Part shown: one piece after another, positions 28,604-38,130 of the stretch
Position numbering within the stretch: the first letter of the stretch is position 1
Layout: every line of letters begins with the position of its first letter
Virus record (IMG/VR): IMGVR_UViG_3300036766_000889
Source: a virus
DNA: 64,000 bases
Reading direction: 5' to 3' (one strand)
Translations under genes and position numbers: made by a program
Notes under the pieces: model-generated
Database searches by the model: none
What the model saw: the letters and a program-made list of their open reading frames with translations, nothing else
Told to the model about the DNA's origin: nothing

Positions 28604-29029
28604 ATGGCAAAGAAACCAACATTCACCGAGTTCGGAACGTGCCCATTGTCGCGGAACGGGTTGTGCGAGTCTGAAGGGGAGTGCCCCTACGGTTGTGATA
28701 TGGAAGCTCGCAAGGTTGTGGACGTTGAGGCTAGGATCCATTTAACACGTCTGTCCAGTGATCCTACATATGTGTTGCTACGCCTGTTGGTCTGTTCGGC
28801 ATGGGCGATACAGTTCCAGAAGTTGAAATCGGATTTCTGCATTGAGAAAGCCAAGAAAGACCTAGAGCTTGTGAAAGCTCATGCGACCGCGTGGGTATTG
28901 CACGAATTCAAGCACCACTGGCCACAGTTCTGGAAGGACTTCGACGGCCCGGACAGCATAACTGTGATACTTCGGTGGGAGACTAAGTTATATCAGCTGT
29001 ACAGTGCTCCTACGAGTCTAAGATCGTGA
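28604..29029 (+). CDS. hypothetical protein
   Basis: ORF only. Confidence 0.5.
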   Translation: MAKKPTFTEFGTCPLSRNGLCESEGECPYGCDMEARKVVDVEARIHLTRLSSDPTYVLLRLLVCSAWAIQFQKLKSDFCIEKAKKDLELVKAHATAWVLHEFKHHWPQFWKDFDGPDSITVILRWETKLYQLYSAPTSLRS

Positions 29030-29048
29030 GTCCATAAGCGCGAATTGA

Positions 29049-29774
29049 ATGATAACCCTTGGCCTTGATCCGAGTTTACGCAGTTACGGCTGGGCGGTCC
29101 ATGATTCGTCTGCTACCGGACGTTCTAGACGCATAGAATCTGGTCATGAGGGAACACTCTCTGACGTCGTTCCTGTAGCCAGGTTCTTACATTTCCAAGC
29201 ACTCGTGGAAAATCTTCTTCGAAGGTTTCCCACGATAGAAGCTGTCGGCATAGAAAGTCCTGCGTTCAACGGGGGGCCTTTTCGGTCGATCCATTTCGGT
29301 TTGATGATGTTCAGTCAAGTTCCGGTATTTGAGTATAGAAAGGATCTTGTTTTATTTGACCCAGCCACCCTTAAGTACCTGGCAAAAGAAGACCCTCTAA
29401 AAAAGAAGGGTATTATGGGTAAGGCTGACATGCAACGTAAAGTTCAGCTCGACACCGTTGACACAAAGATCATCGATAATAACGAAGCAGACGCCTATAT
29501 GATGGCTGTTTTCACGGCTCGTTTTTTAGAGATGCAATCTGGAAGTATACACCCATCCTCTCTAACACCATCAGAAAAAGCGGTATTTCTGAAGAGGAGT
29601 CGTAAGGTTAAAACTTCGACCGGCATAAAAGTGAAAAAAGTTGCTCACATTTCCCGTGAAGGATCTCGCTATTTTAAATTTAGCAACATCCCTCAGGGAT
29701 CTGTCAAACTTCCACAAAAAACGGCGATAAACCCGAAACTCATGAAGTTTTTAGAAGACTCTGAGTCTGATTAA
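29049..29774 (+). CDS. RuvC-like Holliday junction resolvase
   Basis: LGLDPSL..YGWAV, GIESP, K..M, NEADAY. Confidence 0.8.
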   Translation: MITLGLDPSLRSYGWAVHDSSATGRSRRIESGHEGTLSDVVPVARFLHFQALVENLLRRFPTIEAVGIESPAFNGGPFRSIHFGLMMFSQVPVFEYRKDLVLFDPATLKYLAKEDPLKKKGIMGKADMQRKVQLDTVDTKIIDNNEADAYMMAVFTARFLEMQSGSIHPSSLTPSEKAVFLKRSRKVKTSTGIKVKKVAHISREGSRYFKFSNIPQGSVKLPQKTAINPKLMKFLEDSESD

Positions 29775-29823
29775 AAAGACTAGCGGTGATGTAATCTGTT
29801 TTTCCATAGGAGCAAGAAGACAA

Positions 29824-31146
29824 ATGGCAAAAGTTAACGAGATTAAGTATCACCCTAGGATCGCAAAGTTTCTCGCATCAGTAGATAAGAGGAAGGGGAA
29901 CCTAACAGACACGATCGTTCAGCCGTCATTTCGGATGGAGTGTATTAATACAGGGTCTACTGTACTTAACATCCTGATCGGCGGCTCAAGACTCCCGGAC
30001 GGGTCTTTCATTTGCCCTGGATACCCGAAAGGAAAAATATGGGAGATCTTTGGTCGTGAGTCATCCGGAAAATCAACCATAGCTCTCACAGCGATGGGTC
30101 AAGCGTGCGCGTTAGAGGATGGTACTGGTCTATATATCGATCTTGAGCACGCAGTTTCTGATTCATACGCCATGAAACTTGGGTGCGATTTTCGTCCCCC
30201 GGAACTCGGAGGGAACGGTCGTTGCATAAGAGCAGCCCCGCACACGGCGGAAGAAGTTGAGGCGATGGTCGATACGGCCGCTCTTCACGGGATATCTCTT
30301 ATCGTCATTGACTCAGTTGCCGGTCTTGTTAGCAAACGTGAACACAAACGCGATATTGTTGATGAAAAAGATAAACTCGGAATTGCTGAAATTCCGCGAT
30401 TCATGGCAAACTGGATGCCGAAACTCCAAGATATTATTGCCAGTACTGGTACCTGTGTAATATTCCTAAACCAAACACGTGACAAAATTGGGGCAAGGGG
30501 TTATACCGAAGAAGCTTTGAAGAGCACCACGGGTGGAAATGCTCTGAAGTTCTGGGCATCAGGACGTTGGTTGCTTCAACCGAAAGCGGTGTCAAAAGCC
30601 AAGATCTGGAATCCGCTTCTTAAAGAACATGAAGAGGTTCCGATCGCTACCGACATCATGGTCAAAAACATAAAGAATAAAGTGGATGCGAGACAAGGAC
30701 ATTCAGGTCTTATAACCATTCGTTATGGTGTTGGCATAGATGAACTTCGAACAATGATGAACATCGCGTGTGCATACAACATAGTAAAACACACAAAGAA
30801 TGCGATGAAGCAGGACGTCTTTGAATATAAGAGTAATACCTCCGGTCGAATAATCAAAGCCGTCGGAATTGAGAAATTCCGTCGTGCTATTCAAGAAGGC
30901 GAGAACAAGGAAGATTATTCTGAAATGATGTCTTTTTGCGTGGAAAAAATCATGCAGGGTTTTCGTGCTCTTGATGATGAACAGCTTTCTCAACTGTCGG
31001 AAGATGCTGTTAAAACCATGCGAAGTGTTGCGGATGACGATGATTATGCAGAAGAAGACTCTAGTGACCCGACAGATACTAAGTTTAACGTATCTGACGA
31101 TGACGCAACCGCAGAAGGACCGTCTATAGACTCTTCAGAGGTGTGA
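29824..31146 (+). CDS. recA: RecA/UvsX recombinase
   Basis: GRESSGKST, YIDLEH, IVIDSVAGL, FLNQTR, TTGGNALKF, IKNKV. Confidence 0.93.
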   Translation: MAKVNEIKYHPRIAKFLASVDKRKGNLTDTIVQPSFRMECINTGSTVLNILIGGSRLPDGSFICPGYPKGKIWEIFGRESSGKSTIALTAMGQACALEDGTGLYIDLEHAVSDSYAMKLGCDFRPPELGGNGRCIRAAPHTAEEVEAMVDTAALHGISLIVIDSVAGLVSKREHKRDIVDEKDKLGIAEIPRFMANWMPKLQDIIASTGTCVIFLNQTRDKIGARGYTEEALKSTTGGNALKFWASGRWLLQPKAVSKAKIWNPLLKEHEEVPIATDIMVKNIKNKVDARQGHSGLITIRYGVGIDELRTMMNIACAYNIVKHTKNAMKQDVFEYKSNTSGRIIKAVGIEKFRRAIQEGENKEDYSEMMSFCVEKIMQGFRALDDEQLSQLSEDAVKTMRSVADDDDYAEEDSSDPTDTKFNVSDDDATAEGPSIDSSEV

Positions 31147-31147
31147 A

Positions 31148-32461
31148 ATGGGGGAGTCTAAACTAAGTCCGATAAACATCCGGATAAAACAGTTCCAGTC
31201 CATTGAAGACCTTGAAATTGAGGTTAAAGGACTCACTGTGATTACCGGCAGGACAAACGTGGGAAAATCGGCCATAATGCGTGCCATCTCCAGTGCCACG
31301 CTTGGTAGTTCGGTAATCGGCCTTGTCCGGAAGGGTGCTCAATACTGTTCGGTTGAAATGTCAAGTAAAGACTGGGGATTCCGATGGGAAAAAGGAGAAA
31401 AGGGCATAAACCGTTACATAATTGGGGATACTACGTACGATAAACCGGGTCAGAAGCAACTTGAAGAAATCATAAAAATGGGTTTCGGATCCGTGAAACT
31501 CGGATCGAAAGAAGTACAACCATGGTGGTCTCCACAATTTTTTCCGATTTTCTTGTTGGGAGAAACGGGACCAGCATTAACAGATTTCATTTCTGAAGTC
31601 TCGAGGCTTACCGTTCTGCAAGATGCGATCGTACTATCGTCACGCGGAAAGAAGAGAGCGAATGATAGTGCGAAAGAAAAAGCCAACGAGGCTAAAAAAC
31701 TTCGTGATCGACTGACTTTGATCTCCGGAGTTGATCAAATGATCAAAATCTGTAAAGAACTAGAAGATCAAAAGAATAGTATTGAGGATTATCACAAGTA
31801 TGTAGAAATAGGGAACGAACTTTATTCTAAATTACTCATCAGTGTTCAAAGAATTTCTGCACTTGAGTCAATAAGTTCTGTAAAGATTCCGAAAGATGAT
31901 GCAGAAGAAACATCATTAAAACTGAGTGGGATGCACGCTTTTTGGAACAAACTTGAGACTGTTGCCAAAAGAATTATCTCTCTGAAACCTTCTGAAAAGA
32001 TGTCCATGCCTGATCCACCGATTGATGAATGGAAACATCTATCTGATGGAAGAAAATTCGTTATTATTGATCATCTAAAGAAAAAAGACGACACACTTGA
32101 TGGAATAAGGAATGTTAGTATACCCCCTCTCCAAAATGTCGATACTGATTTATTATCAATTCGTGCTATGGGGACTTTGCTAACAAGATTAGAATCGTCA
32201 GCAGAGTCTATCAAAAAACTTTCACTACAAATAAATATCCCTGAATCGCCCGATGGTATTGAACAACTTAAAAGTGGTCAAGAGATTTTAACGAAGTTAA
32301 ACGAAGCGAATGAAAATGAAGCCGCTCTCGAAGATAAGATGGTGGCGATCGATAAAGAACTTGATCAAATAAATATACAGCTCGCCGCCATACCATCCTG
32401 CCCCTCGTGTGGTCGTCCCATTCCTTCAGCGGAACACAAGAACCACGCGATTAGTCTATAA
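31148..32461 (+). CDS. SbcC/Rad50-like ATPase, N-terminal half
   Basis: FQSI, GRTNVGKS Walker A, coiled coil ending in CPSCG Zn hook; no Walker B. Confidence 0.8.
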   Translation: MGESKLSPINIRIKQFQSIEDLEIEVKGLTVITGRTNVGKSAIMRAISSATLGSSVIGLVRKGAQYCSVEMSSKDWGFRWEKGEKGINRYIIGDTTYDKPGQKQLEEIIKMGFGSVKLGSKEVQPWWSPQFFPIFLLGETGPALTDFISEVSRLTVLQDAIVLSSRGKKRANDSAKEKANEAKKLRDRLTLISGVDQMIKICKELEDQKNSIEDYHKYVEIGNELYSKLLISVQRISALESISSVKIPKDDAEETSLKLSGMHAFWNKLETVAKRIISLKPSEKMSMPDPPIDEWKHLSDGRKFVIIDHLKKKDDTLDGIRNVSIPPLQNVDTDLLSIRAMGTLLTRLESSAESIKKLSLQINIPESPDGIEQLKSGQEILTKLNEANENEAALEDKMVAIDKELDQINIQLAAIPSCPSCGRPIPSAEHKNHAISL

Positions 32462-32756
32462 CCCCAAATGACAGAAGTTCTGGTGAGAGTTGAATGTTAT
32501 GATGTTTCTCTTTCATAACTAAGTCTTCTCCCATATACCAGACCCCGTCGATCATCTCAAGGGGACCCTTTCCGAGCCTAATCCCGCCACCGTCCGTGCC
32601 AAGCCAGTTCCCGGTTGGTACGTAGACAAGGGCCTGTATATCTCGGAAGTCAGCGACATATAACGGAGAGTCTTCCGCTATATCTCTTGAGGTGAGAAGT
32701 ATTAGACTTCCGTTTTCCTGTAACATGGATAGGTCTATCTGTCGCACATTGAACAA
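32451..32756 (-). CDS. hypothetical protein
   Basis: ORF only. Confidence 0.5.
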   Translation of the reverse strand: MFNVRQIDLSMLQENGSLILLTSRDIAEDSPLYVADFRDIQALVYVPTGNWLGTDGGGIRLGKGPLEMIDGVWYMGEDLVMKEKHHNIQLSPELLSFGVID

Positions 32757-32807
32757 TACTAAAACCTTTGTCGGACGGTTAATCCGGACGGTAATCTAGG
32801 GCATAAC

Positions 32808-33302
32808 ATGGACAAAGAAACGCTCTCTAGAATCGCGGAAAGGGTGGCTACACCTCTCAAAGAGGGAGCTTTCTCCGCCGAACCGGGTGAACTGATTTCT
32901 CATCTGAATGTTTTTCTTGCAGCAAAATATTCGATCGAGGCTTCTTACAGAAGTTATGCCGACCGTGTGAAGGGTCCATGGCGAGATTCATTGGTTGCTC
33001 ATTGGAGTGAGCATGCCGGTGATGAAAGAAAATCCGCTTATGACATCGCTATGAAGTGTGTCGCCCTTGGCGGGGACCCCATTTTGACGGTCGTCCAGGT
33101 ACCACCATGCACTCCGAGCCTTGCCGGTTTCATGCAGGTTTTAATATCTCAAGAACTCGACGCAATCGAAGCTGGCAGGAAGCTGGCAGCCATGGCCGGG
33201 GATAATATGGGCCTTCGCGTTCTTGCGGAAAACACGGTAGTGCTAGACAGCCACCACGTTGATGACCTTCGACGTTGGAGTGCAAGAATGGGCATAGACT
33301 GA
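32808..33302 (+). CDS. ferritin/bacterioferritin-like protein
   Basis: EHAGDE..LGGDP..ELDAI..HVDDL four-helix pattern. Confidence 0.7.
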   Translation: MDKETLSRIAERVATPLKEGAFSAEPGELISHLNVFLAAKYSIEASYRSYADRVKGPWRDSLVAHWSEHAGDERKSAYDIAMKCVALGGDPILTVVQVPPCTPSLAGFMQVLISQELDAIEAGRKLAAMAGDNMGLRVLAENTVVLDSHHVDDLRRWSARMGID

Positions 33303-33986
33303 TCTTACATGATCTAAGAACTCCTGCACAGATTTAGTTCCTTTTGAAATATTGCAACTCGTGCAGCAAGGAACAACGTTGTTAGAGGAATGATCTTTAG
33401 AGTTATCGAGACGATCAAGACCATTATACGTGAAATCTGCATCGTCACGTTTCGGATGACGCTTGTCTCCGTTATATTTATTGAAAGTCCTATGTGGAGG
33501 TTTTCCACAGTATGTACATGGCATTTTTGACAAACTAAAAAATGTCTCGAAATCACACCCATCTTTATAAACACGCATCCAAATTGATTTGGCACTACTT
33601 ATTTCTGGTGTGAGTTTTCTGGATTTTGCGCCAGCTATAGCTCTACGACTACTGGTTTTACACCCGCAGTTATCGGTAATCCCTCTTATGACGAAGTATG
33701 CTCTTTTCTTGATAATCTCACCACATTCACATTTTAACTTCCACAAAATTGATCTGTTATGTCGCTCATCTGTTTTTTGAATGAATGTTAAAGATCCGAA
33801 TTTTTGTCCAGTCCAATCTATATCATTTTTTACTTTCGGAATTTTTTCAGCATACTTCTTTGCTCTCCTATCCTTTGTGCATTGTTTGCAAGCTTCTACT
33901 ATTTTTTTTCTCCCCTTATACTCTGTATGCCAAAAATAACATTTATCTTCTGAAACAAGACCATGAATTTTACAACGGACTGCCAT
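33243..33986 (-). mobile_element. HNH/His-Me homing endonuclease
   Basis: KFGSL..W..KCECG; CTYCG; NGLDRLDNSK.H...NVVPCC..CN. Confidence 0.8.
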
Positions 33987-34155
33987 AACATTCTTTTAAG
34001 AAAAGAATTCTAACAAAGTAGAATGAACTTTTTTCCGTGAAGAAGTATTATAAAAATCCCGAATAGAATTGTGCAACCTCTAATTAAACGCAGTCCACAG
34101 AGGTGTCAAGTACACAGTCCACAGGGTTACTCAACGACATTTACGAAGGTTCTAT

Positions 34156-34710
34156 ATGAAAATCCGGTCCTTCTTTCTCATTTTAACTATAACTATTTTA
34201 CCAACTATCGGACTGATGTCTAGTTTGACCAGTCCGATTTTTGCTCAAGAAGAAGCAAAGTGTAATGGACCGGTTGAGCTATGCGCTCAGGTTCTGGAAC
34301 TTAAGTCGGTAATTGCTTCTCAGAAGAAAACAGTTCTTTCTGCCTCGAAAGAAGAAGAAAGCAGTGAAACTTCTGGAAAATTACTCGCAGCCGCTGCACT
34401 CGCAGCCGTGATTTTAAAACTATTGATTTCAACATTGAAGTCTTGGACATCTTGGATTCAAACGGACAAGCAGAAAGCCGTCATGAAGGCTGGTTTGCTT
34501 ATCCTCGGTTTTGCGTTGTTCGTTGTTGGAAACGTGGCGATCGGCCTTCCTTGGTGGCAGGCACTGATAGTTGCTGGCGGGCCCCCGGGCGCGATTTTAG
34601 TTCACGAACTCACTGATTTATTCCGAGTTTTCAAGGGAGAGAAACCTTTGCCTCCTGAACTTGACCCCACAAAAGACAGTCAGCCTCCCGTTTCTCCACC
34701 TGTTGCCTGA
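34156..34710 (+). CDS. membrane protein with signal peptide
   Basis: Hydrophobic N-terminus plus about 3 TM segments. Confidence 0.6.
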   Translation: MKIRSFFLILTITILPTIGLMSSLTSPIFAQEEAKCNGPVELCAQVLELKSVIASQKKTVLSASKEEESSETSGKLLAAAALAAVILKLLISTLKSWTSWIQTDKQKAVMKAGLLILGFALFVVGNVAIGLPWWQALIVAGGPPGAILVHELTDLFRVFKGEKPLPPELDPTKDSQPPVSPPVA

Positions 34711-34718
34711 CGGACGAA

Positions 34719-35177
34719 ATGGCTAACATAATCAATGGAAGCTCGGCCGGGCTTCATGTAATTATGGACGCTCGGGTCTACGATCCGAGTGTATTCGACA
34801 AAACAACTTTGCTCAGTCTTTTCGACAAAATTGTCAAAGCACTCGGCATGAAGCCACTTGATGATGTTAAGGTGTATGAGGTTCCCGTGGATCATGCGAT
34901 TCTAGCGAGAGCTCAAGCGACGGGTAATTTCGAGGATGAGGGCGGTATTTCGACTCTGCAAGTGATCTCTACCAGCCACCTCGCGTTACATGCTTGGCCA
35001 CTCCAGAGCTATTTTGCACTTGACGCGTTTTCGTGTAAAGACTATGATGCCCAACTTGCCCTAAGTATAATTCGCGAAATGCTTGGAGTGAAGTCAGAGA
35101 ATACGCTAGTCATAAAGCGACAGAAAACTGCTTTAGACTCAACAACTAGAAATGTACAGTATTTTGAGTGTGGCTAA
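34719..35177 (+). CDS. pyruvoyl-dependent decarboxylase, AdoMetDC (SpeD/SpeH) family
   Basis: GLHVIMD, GGIS...ISTSHLALHAWP, LDAFSCK. Confidence 0.85.
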   Translation: MANIINGSSAGLHVIMDARVYDPSVFDKTTLLSLFDKIVKALGMKPLDDVKVYEVPVDHAILARAQATGNFEDEGGISTLQVISTSHLALHAWPLQSYFALDAFSCKDYDAQLALSIIREMLGVKSENTLVIKRQKTALDSTTRNVQYFECG

Positions 35178-35181
35178 ATCG

Positions 35182-35203
35182 GGACGGAAATATATTTCCG
35201 TCC
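35182..35203. repeat. perfect 22-bp palindrome
   Basis: GGACGGAAATATATTTCCGTCC. Confidence 0.9.
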
Positions 35204-35304
35204 GAAATTGAAATTCATTCGGAAATCCGTTCAGTCTTACTGTATTTATTCAAAGAAGTCCGGAGTCGTTCCGGAAACTTTGAGTAGGAAATAGTAAGGG
35301 AACT

Positions 35305-35571
35305 ATGAGTCAAATTGGACGTTGTAAGGGTTGTTACGAAGTCAATAGGCTTGATGATGGTATATGCTCAGTATGCCTAAATCACACACTTCGTGGTAGA
35401 AGTTGGGCTGACATGTCTCATAAATGTCGAACTGACCCAGCATATGCTTTGGCAGTGTACTGTCATATTAAGACAGAAACTACTCGTGAAAATTTCGTAA
35501 AGATGTATGGACTTCCGCCAGGGGCCGAACGTCTGGCTGTTGGGAAGCCTAAACTGAGACTAGTGAACTAG
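35305..35571 (+). CDS. small Zn-binding hypothetical protein
   Basis: CKGC..CSVC. Confidence 0.55.
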   Translation: MSQIGRCKGCYEVNRLDDGICSVCLNHTLRGRSWADMSHKCRTDPAYALAVYCHIKTETTRENFVKMYGLPPGAERLAVGKPKLRLVN

Positions 35572-35620
35572 CTGAAGTTGACAGACAATGAGATCGGTGT
35601 CTTTCCATACGTGATTCATG

Positions 35621-35824
35621 TCAGGTTTTCATTACTGAGTCAATGATCATCTGGTCACAATCAGGTTCTTCTTTACTGATCGGAGTTGGCTTGCCGATGA
35701 ACGGCATATAAAGAATGTCACCCTTGACGAGAAGACACCGGTCACAAATACTATGTCCGTGTGCCCACAGTCCTGGGATCCCTAAAAAATCCGTGGATCG
35801 CGTCATACGCCATTCGTGACCCAC
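35621..35824 (-). CDS. small Cys/His protein
   Basis: HEW..CDRC..CD; ends IDSVMKT. Confidence 0.55.
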   Translation of the reverse strand: MGHEWRMTRSTDFLGIPGLWAHGHSICDRCLLVKGDILYMPFIGKPTPISKEEPDCDQMIIDSVMKT

Positions 35825-36240
35825 TAGCTTTCCATCACTTCTTTAACAGCTTTCACTCGATTACGATACATAGAATCTGATTCTTGTCGATATTCGATCG
35901 AATAAGTATCCGGAAGCTTCACCCAAAAACGTGAATTCTTAACCGATTTCCCGTCTTTCAAAACTCGAAAAGTGATACTGTCGTAGTCATCACCGACACG
36001 AATAGCGGACTTGCTGAATTGACGGACGTACACTCGAGCAATTTCTAGAGTGAGACCGGCCTTTACAATACCGCGTACCTTCTTATATCCTCCTCCCTTT
36101 TCATAATGACCGCTCCCGTCTTTCGGGAGCAAATCAAGTGACTTGGCAAAGTCAGTGTTTCGATATTCGAGGTAAAGGTCGAATTCCCAGTCCTTTTCGA
36201 GGATAAGACGATCACCACACGCAGGGATATAAAAGTTCAC
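35824..36240 (-). CDS. hypothetical protein
   Basis: GTGA overlap; ends VKEVMES. Confidence 0.6.
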   Translation of the reverse strand: MNFYIPACGDRLILEKDWEFDLYLEYRNTDFAKSLDLLPKDGSGHYEKGGGYKKVRGIVKAGLTLEIARVYVRQFSKSAIRVGDDYDSITFRVLKDGKSVKNSRFWVKLPDTYSIEYRQESDSMYRNRVKAVKEVMES

Positions 36241-36731
36241 AGTGTTCCACCTTTGGCTCGCATAAGAATGAAAGTTTCGTAAAGACTTCCGCTCGACTTA
36301 GTTTTTTCTCCAAAAAGTTGAATAGCTGCCAAAAGATCAGAGAGAGGAATGTTCACAAGTGCCGCAGCCGCACGAAGAGATGAGAGAGTGGCTAATGGAT
36401 CCGCCTTCGGTACTCGGGCAGACAAAACGACTTCTGAAGCTTTTTTTGCGGCCCATTCTTCCCGTTTTGCAGCCTCGAAGAACTCAAAAGATCCATCATC
36501 AAGAACCGCAAACCAGTGTCCGTCTGGAATATGACGTGGAGCGTCCAGAACTTCGGTTTCAGGGTCCTTAACTTCTCCAAAAGACCCATCATCAAGAAAC
36601 GCAAACTTTTGTCCACCATGATGAGCTTCCGAAACTTCGATTTCGAATTTCTTCGATCCATCCTCGAGAATGACCATTTTCGGGATATATGGTTTATCTG
36701 ATGATGGAGGACCGTAGGCTATAATGTTCAT
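36237..36731 (-). CDS. hypothetical protein with internal FA.LDDGSF duplication
   Basis: Start moved to ATGA overlap at 36731. Confidence 0.6.
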   Translation of the reverse strand: MNIIAYGPPSSDKPYIPKMVILEDGSKKFEIEVSEAHHGGQKFAFLDDGSFGEVKDPETEVLDAPRHIPDGHWFAVLDDGSFEFFEAAKREEWAAKKASEVVLSARVPKADPLATLSSLRAAAALVNIPLSDLLAAIQLFGEKTKSSGSLYETFILMRAKGGTL

Positions 36732-37150
36732 AGACCAGCACTCGCGGCAAAAGACGCCTTTACGAAGACCCAGACAAAAAATGCAAATATTGATGTCATT
36801 CCGAATATCGCCATCCACATGGCGATTGCACATGTTACCATGAAGAAAGACATGAAAAAACTTCTGGCAGGGGCAGTCTGTACTGATTGAGTGTCATACT
36901 CATCGTCATCGTCAGACTGATCGAAGTAATTTCCAAGATTAACGTTACCCTGTACGGAAACGTTGTTGACATTATTCTGAACGTTCTCATTTCCGCTGTT
37001 TGATAAAGTAGATAGAAGCCTACTGTTATCTTGGTTCTTGTTCAGGTTCCTGTCTACCCTGAAACCTCCGCATCCGGAGCATTCAGTCTCGGAGGCCGAA
37101 CTAGAAATTCCGCAGTTTGCACATCTCCACTTTATTAATTCTGTGTTCAT
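36728..37150 (-). CDS. Zn-ribbon membrane protein
   Basis: WRCANC..CSGC; Asn-rich linker; C-terminal TM segment. Confidence 0.6.
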   Translation of the reverse strand: MNTELIKWRCANCGISSSASETECSGCGGFRVDRNLNKNQDNSRLLSTLSNSGNENVQNNVNNVSVQGNVNLGNYFDQSDDDDEYDTQSVQTAPARSFFMSFFMVTCAIAMWMAIFGMTSIFAFFVWVFVKASFAASAGL

Positions 37151-37178
37151 AACTTACATACCTCTGATCAATTTGGAC

Positions 37179-37787
37179 TTACGAAGCCAGACACTTGATT
37201 CCCTCCCGGAGGAGGTCAGTGATCGGTTCTTTATTCACACGTAGTCCAAGGTTACGGACGAATTTTTCGGTTTCCGCCTTCTTAAATCCCAGGCCTGAAA
37301 GAGCCGACGAAAGGTTCTTACATGCGTCAGGGTCAACTTGTTCCTTCACAGGAGAAAAAACCGCCTGCATTTTGGGCATACTGGCGGAGTGTGATGGCGA
37401 AGCAGTAGCCTTGAACGCCTTCGCCCGATTCAATGCATGGGTGCGTTCTTTAGGAGAACAAGAGTGGTTGAAACAGGCAAGGGTCACCTTGTCGTTCATG
37501 AGCCATTTTGGGTTGACGATATCCATCATGAATTCGATATATGGTACTTCGTCTACCGCATCGTCCCGAACTCCAGCTTCGGTGCATTCGCGAAACACAC
37601 ACAGGACCCTACATTTCTCTGAAACCTGTTGATTGTTTTGAATCAACACACGTTCCAGCGTGGCCACCGCATACTGGTTCTGGGCCTCAACCACGAGATT
37701 TTTCGCCCCGATGGCGAACAAAAACGTTGCGGTCTCTACGCCGAAGGACGGGTGACCTTGATCTAGAATGTTTTCCATGCCGGTCAT
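37179..37787 (-). CDS. protein with RuvA C-terminal (RuvB-binding) domain
   Basis: DACKNLSSALSGLGFKKAETEKFV...ITDLLREGIK matches RuvA domain III; N-terminus is not RuvA-like. Confidence 0.65.
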   Translation of the reverse strand: MTGMENILDQGHPSFGVETATFLFAIGAKNLVVEAQNQYAVATLERVLIQNNQQVSEKCRVLCVFRECTEAGVRDDAVDEVPYIEFMMDIVNPKWLMNDKVTLACFNHSCSPKERTHALNRAKAFKATASPSHSASMPKMQAVFSPVKEQVDPDACKNLSSALSGLGFKKAETEKFVRNLGLRVNKEPITDLLREGIKCLAS

Positions 37788-37806
37788 ACTGACCCGGCTT
37801 GGAGAT

Positions 37807-38127
37807 TTACGTATTTTGGCTAATGTATTTGAATTCGTGTACTACTACCCCGAGAACCGCGCTAAGTTTAGAAACTGCTTCTTCAAGAATTGCACGGGCC
37901 TCGTCCTGGGGATTCAAAGTTCTGGCGGATTTTCTGAGATTACTTATGAGGCCCTTGAGGTCATTTATGGCGGCTCTGAAGTTTGCGTCTGCCCCTTCGT
38001 TGGCTGTCCGAATCTCGGTCAAAAGTAACCTAACTGAGGCAGCCGTCATGGCTTGGCTTGGCTTTTCTTGGCTTTCCAGATACTCAGCTATTTTTACAAT
38101 CTTTGTTTGTAAATTTTCTGGACTCAT
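37807..38127 (-). CDS. helical protein with shared N-terminal leader
   Basis: MSPENLQTKIVKIAEYLESQEKPSQAMTAASVRLLLTEIRTA. Confidence 0.6.
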   Translation of the reverse strand: MSPENLQTKIVKIAEYLESQEKPSQAMTAASVRLLLTEIRTANEGADANFRAAINDLKGLISNLRKSARTLNPQDEARAILEEAVSKLSAVLGVVVHEFKYISQNT

Positions 38128-38130
38128 ATT

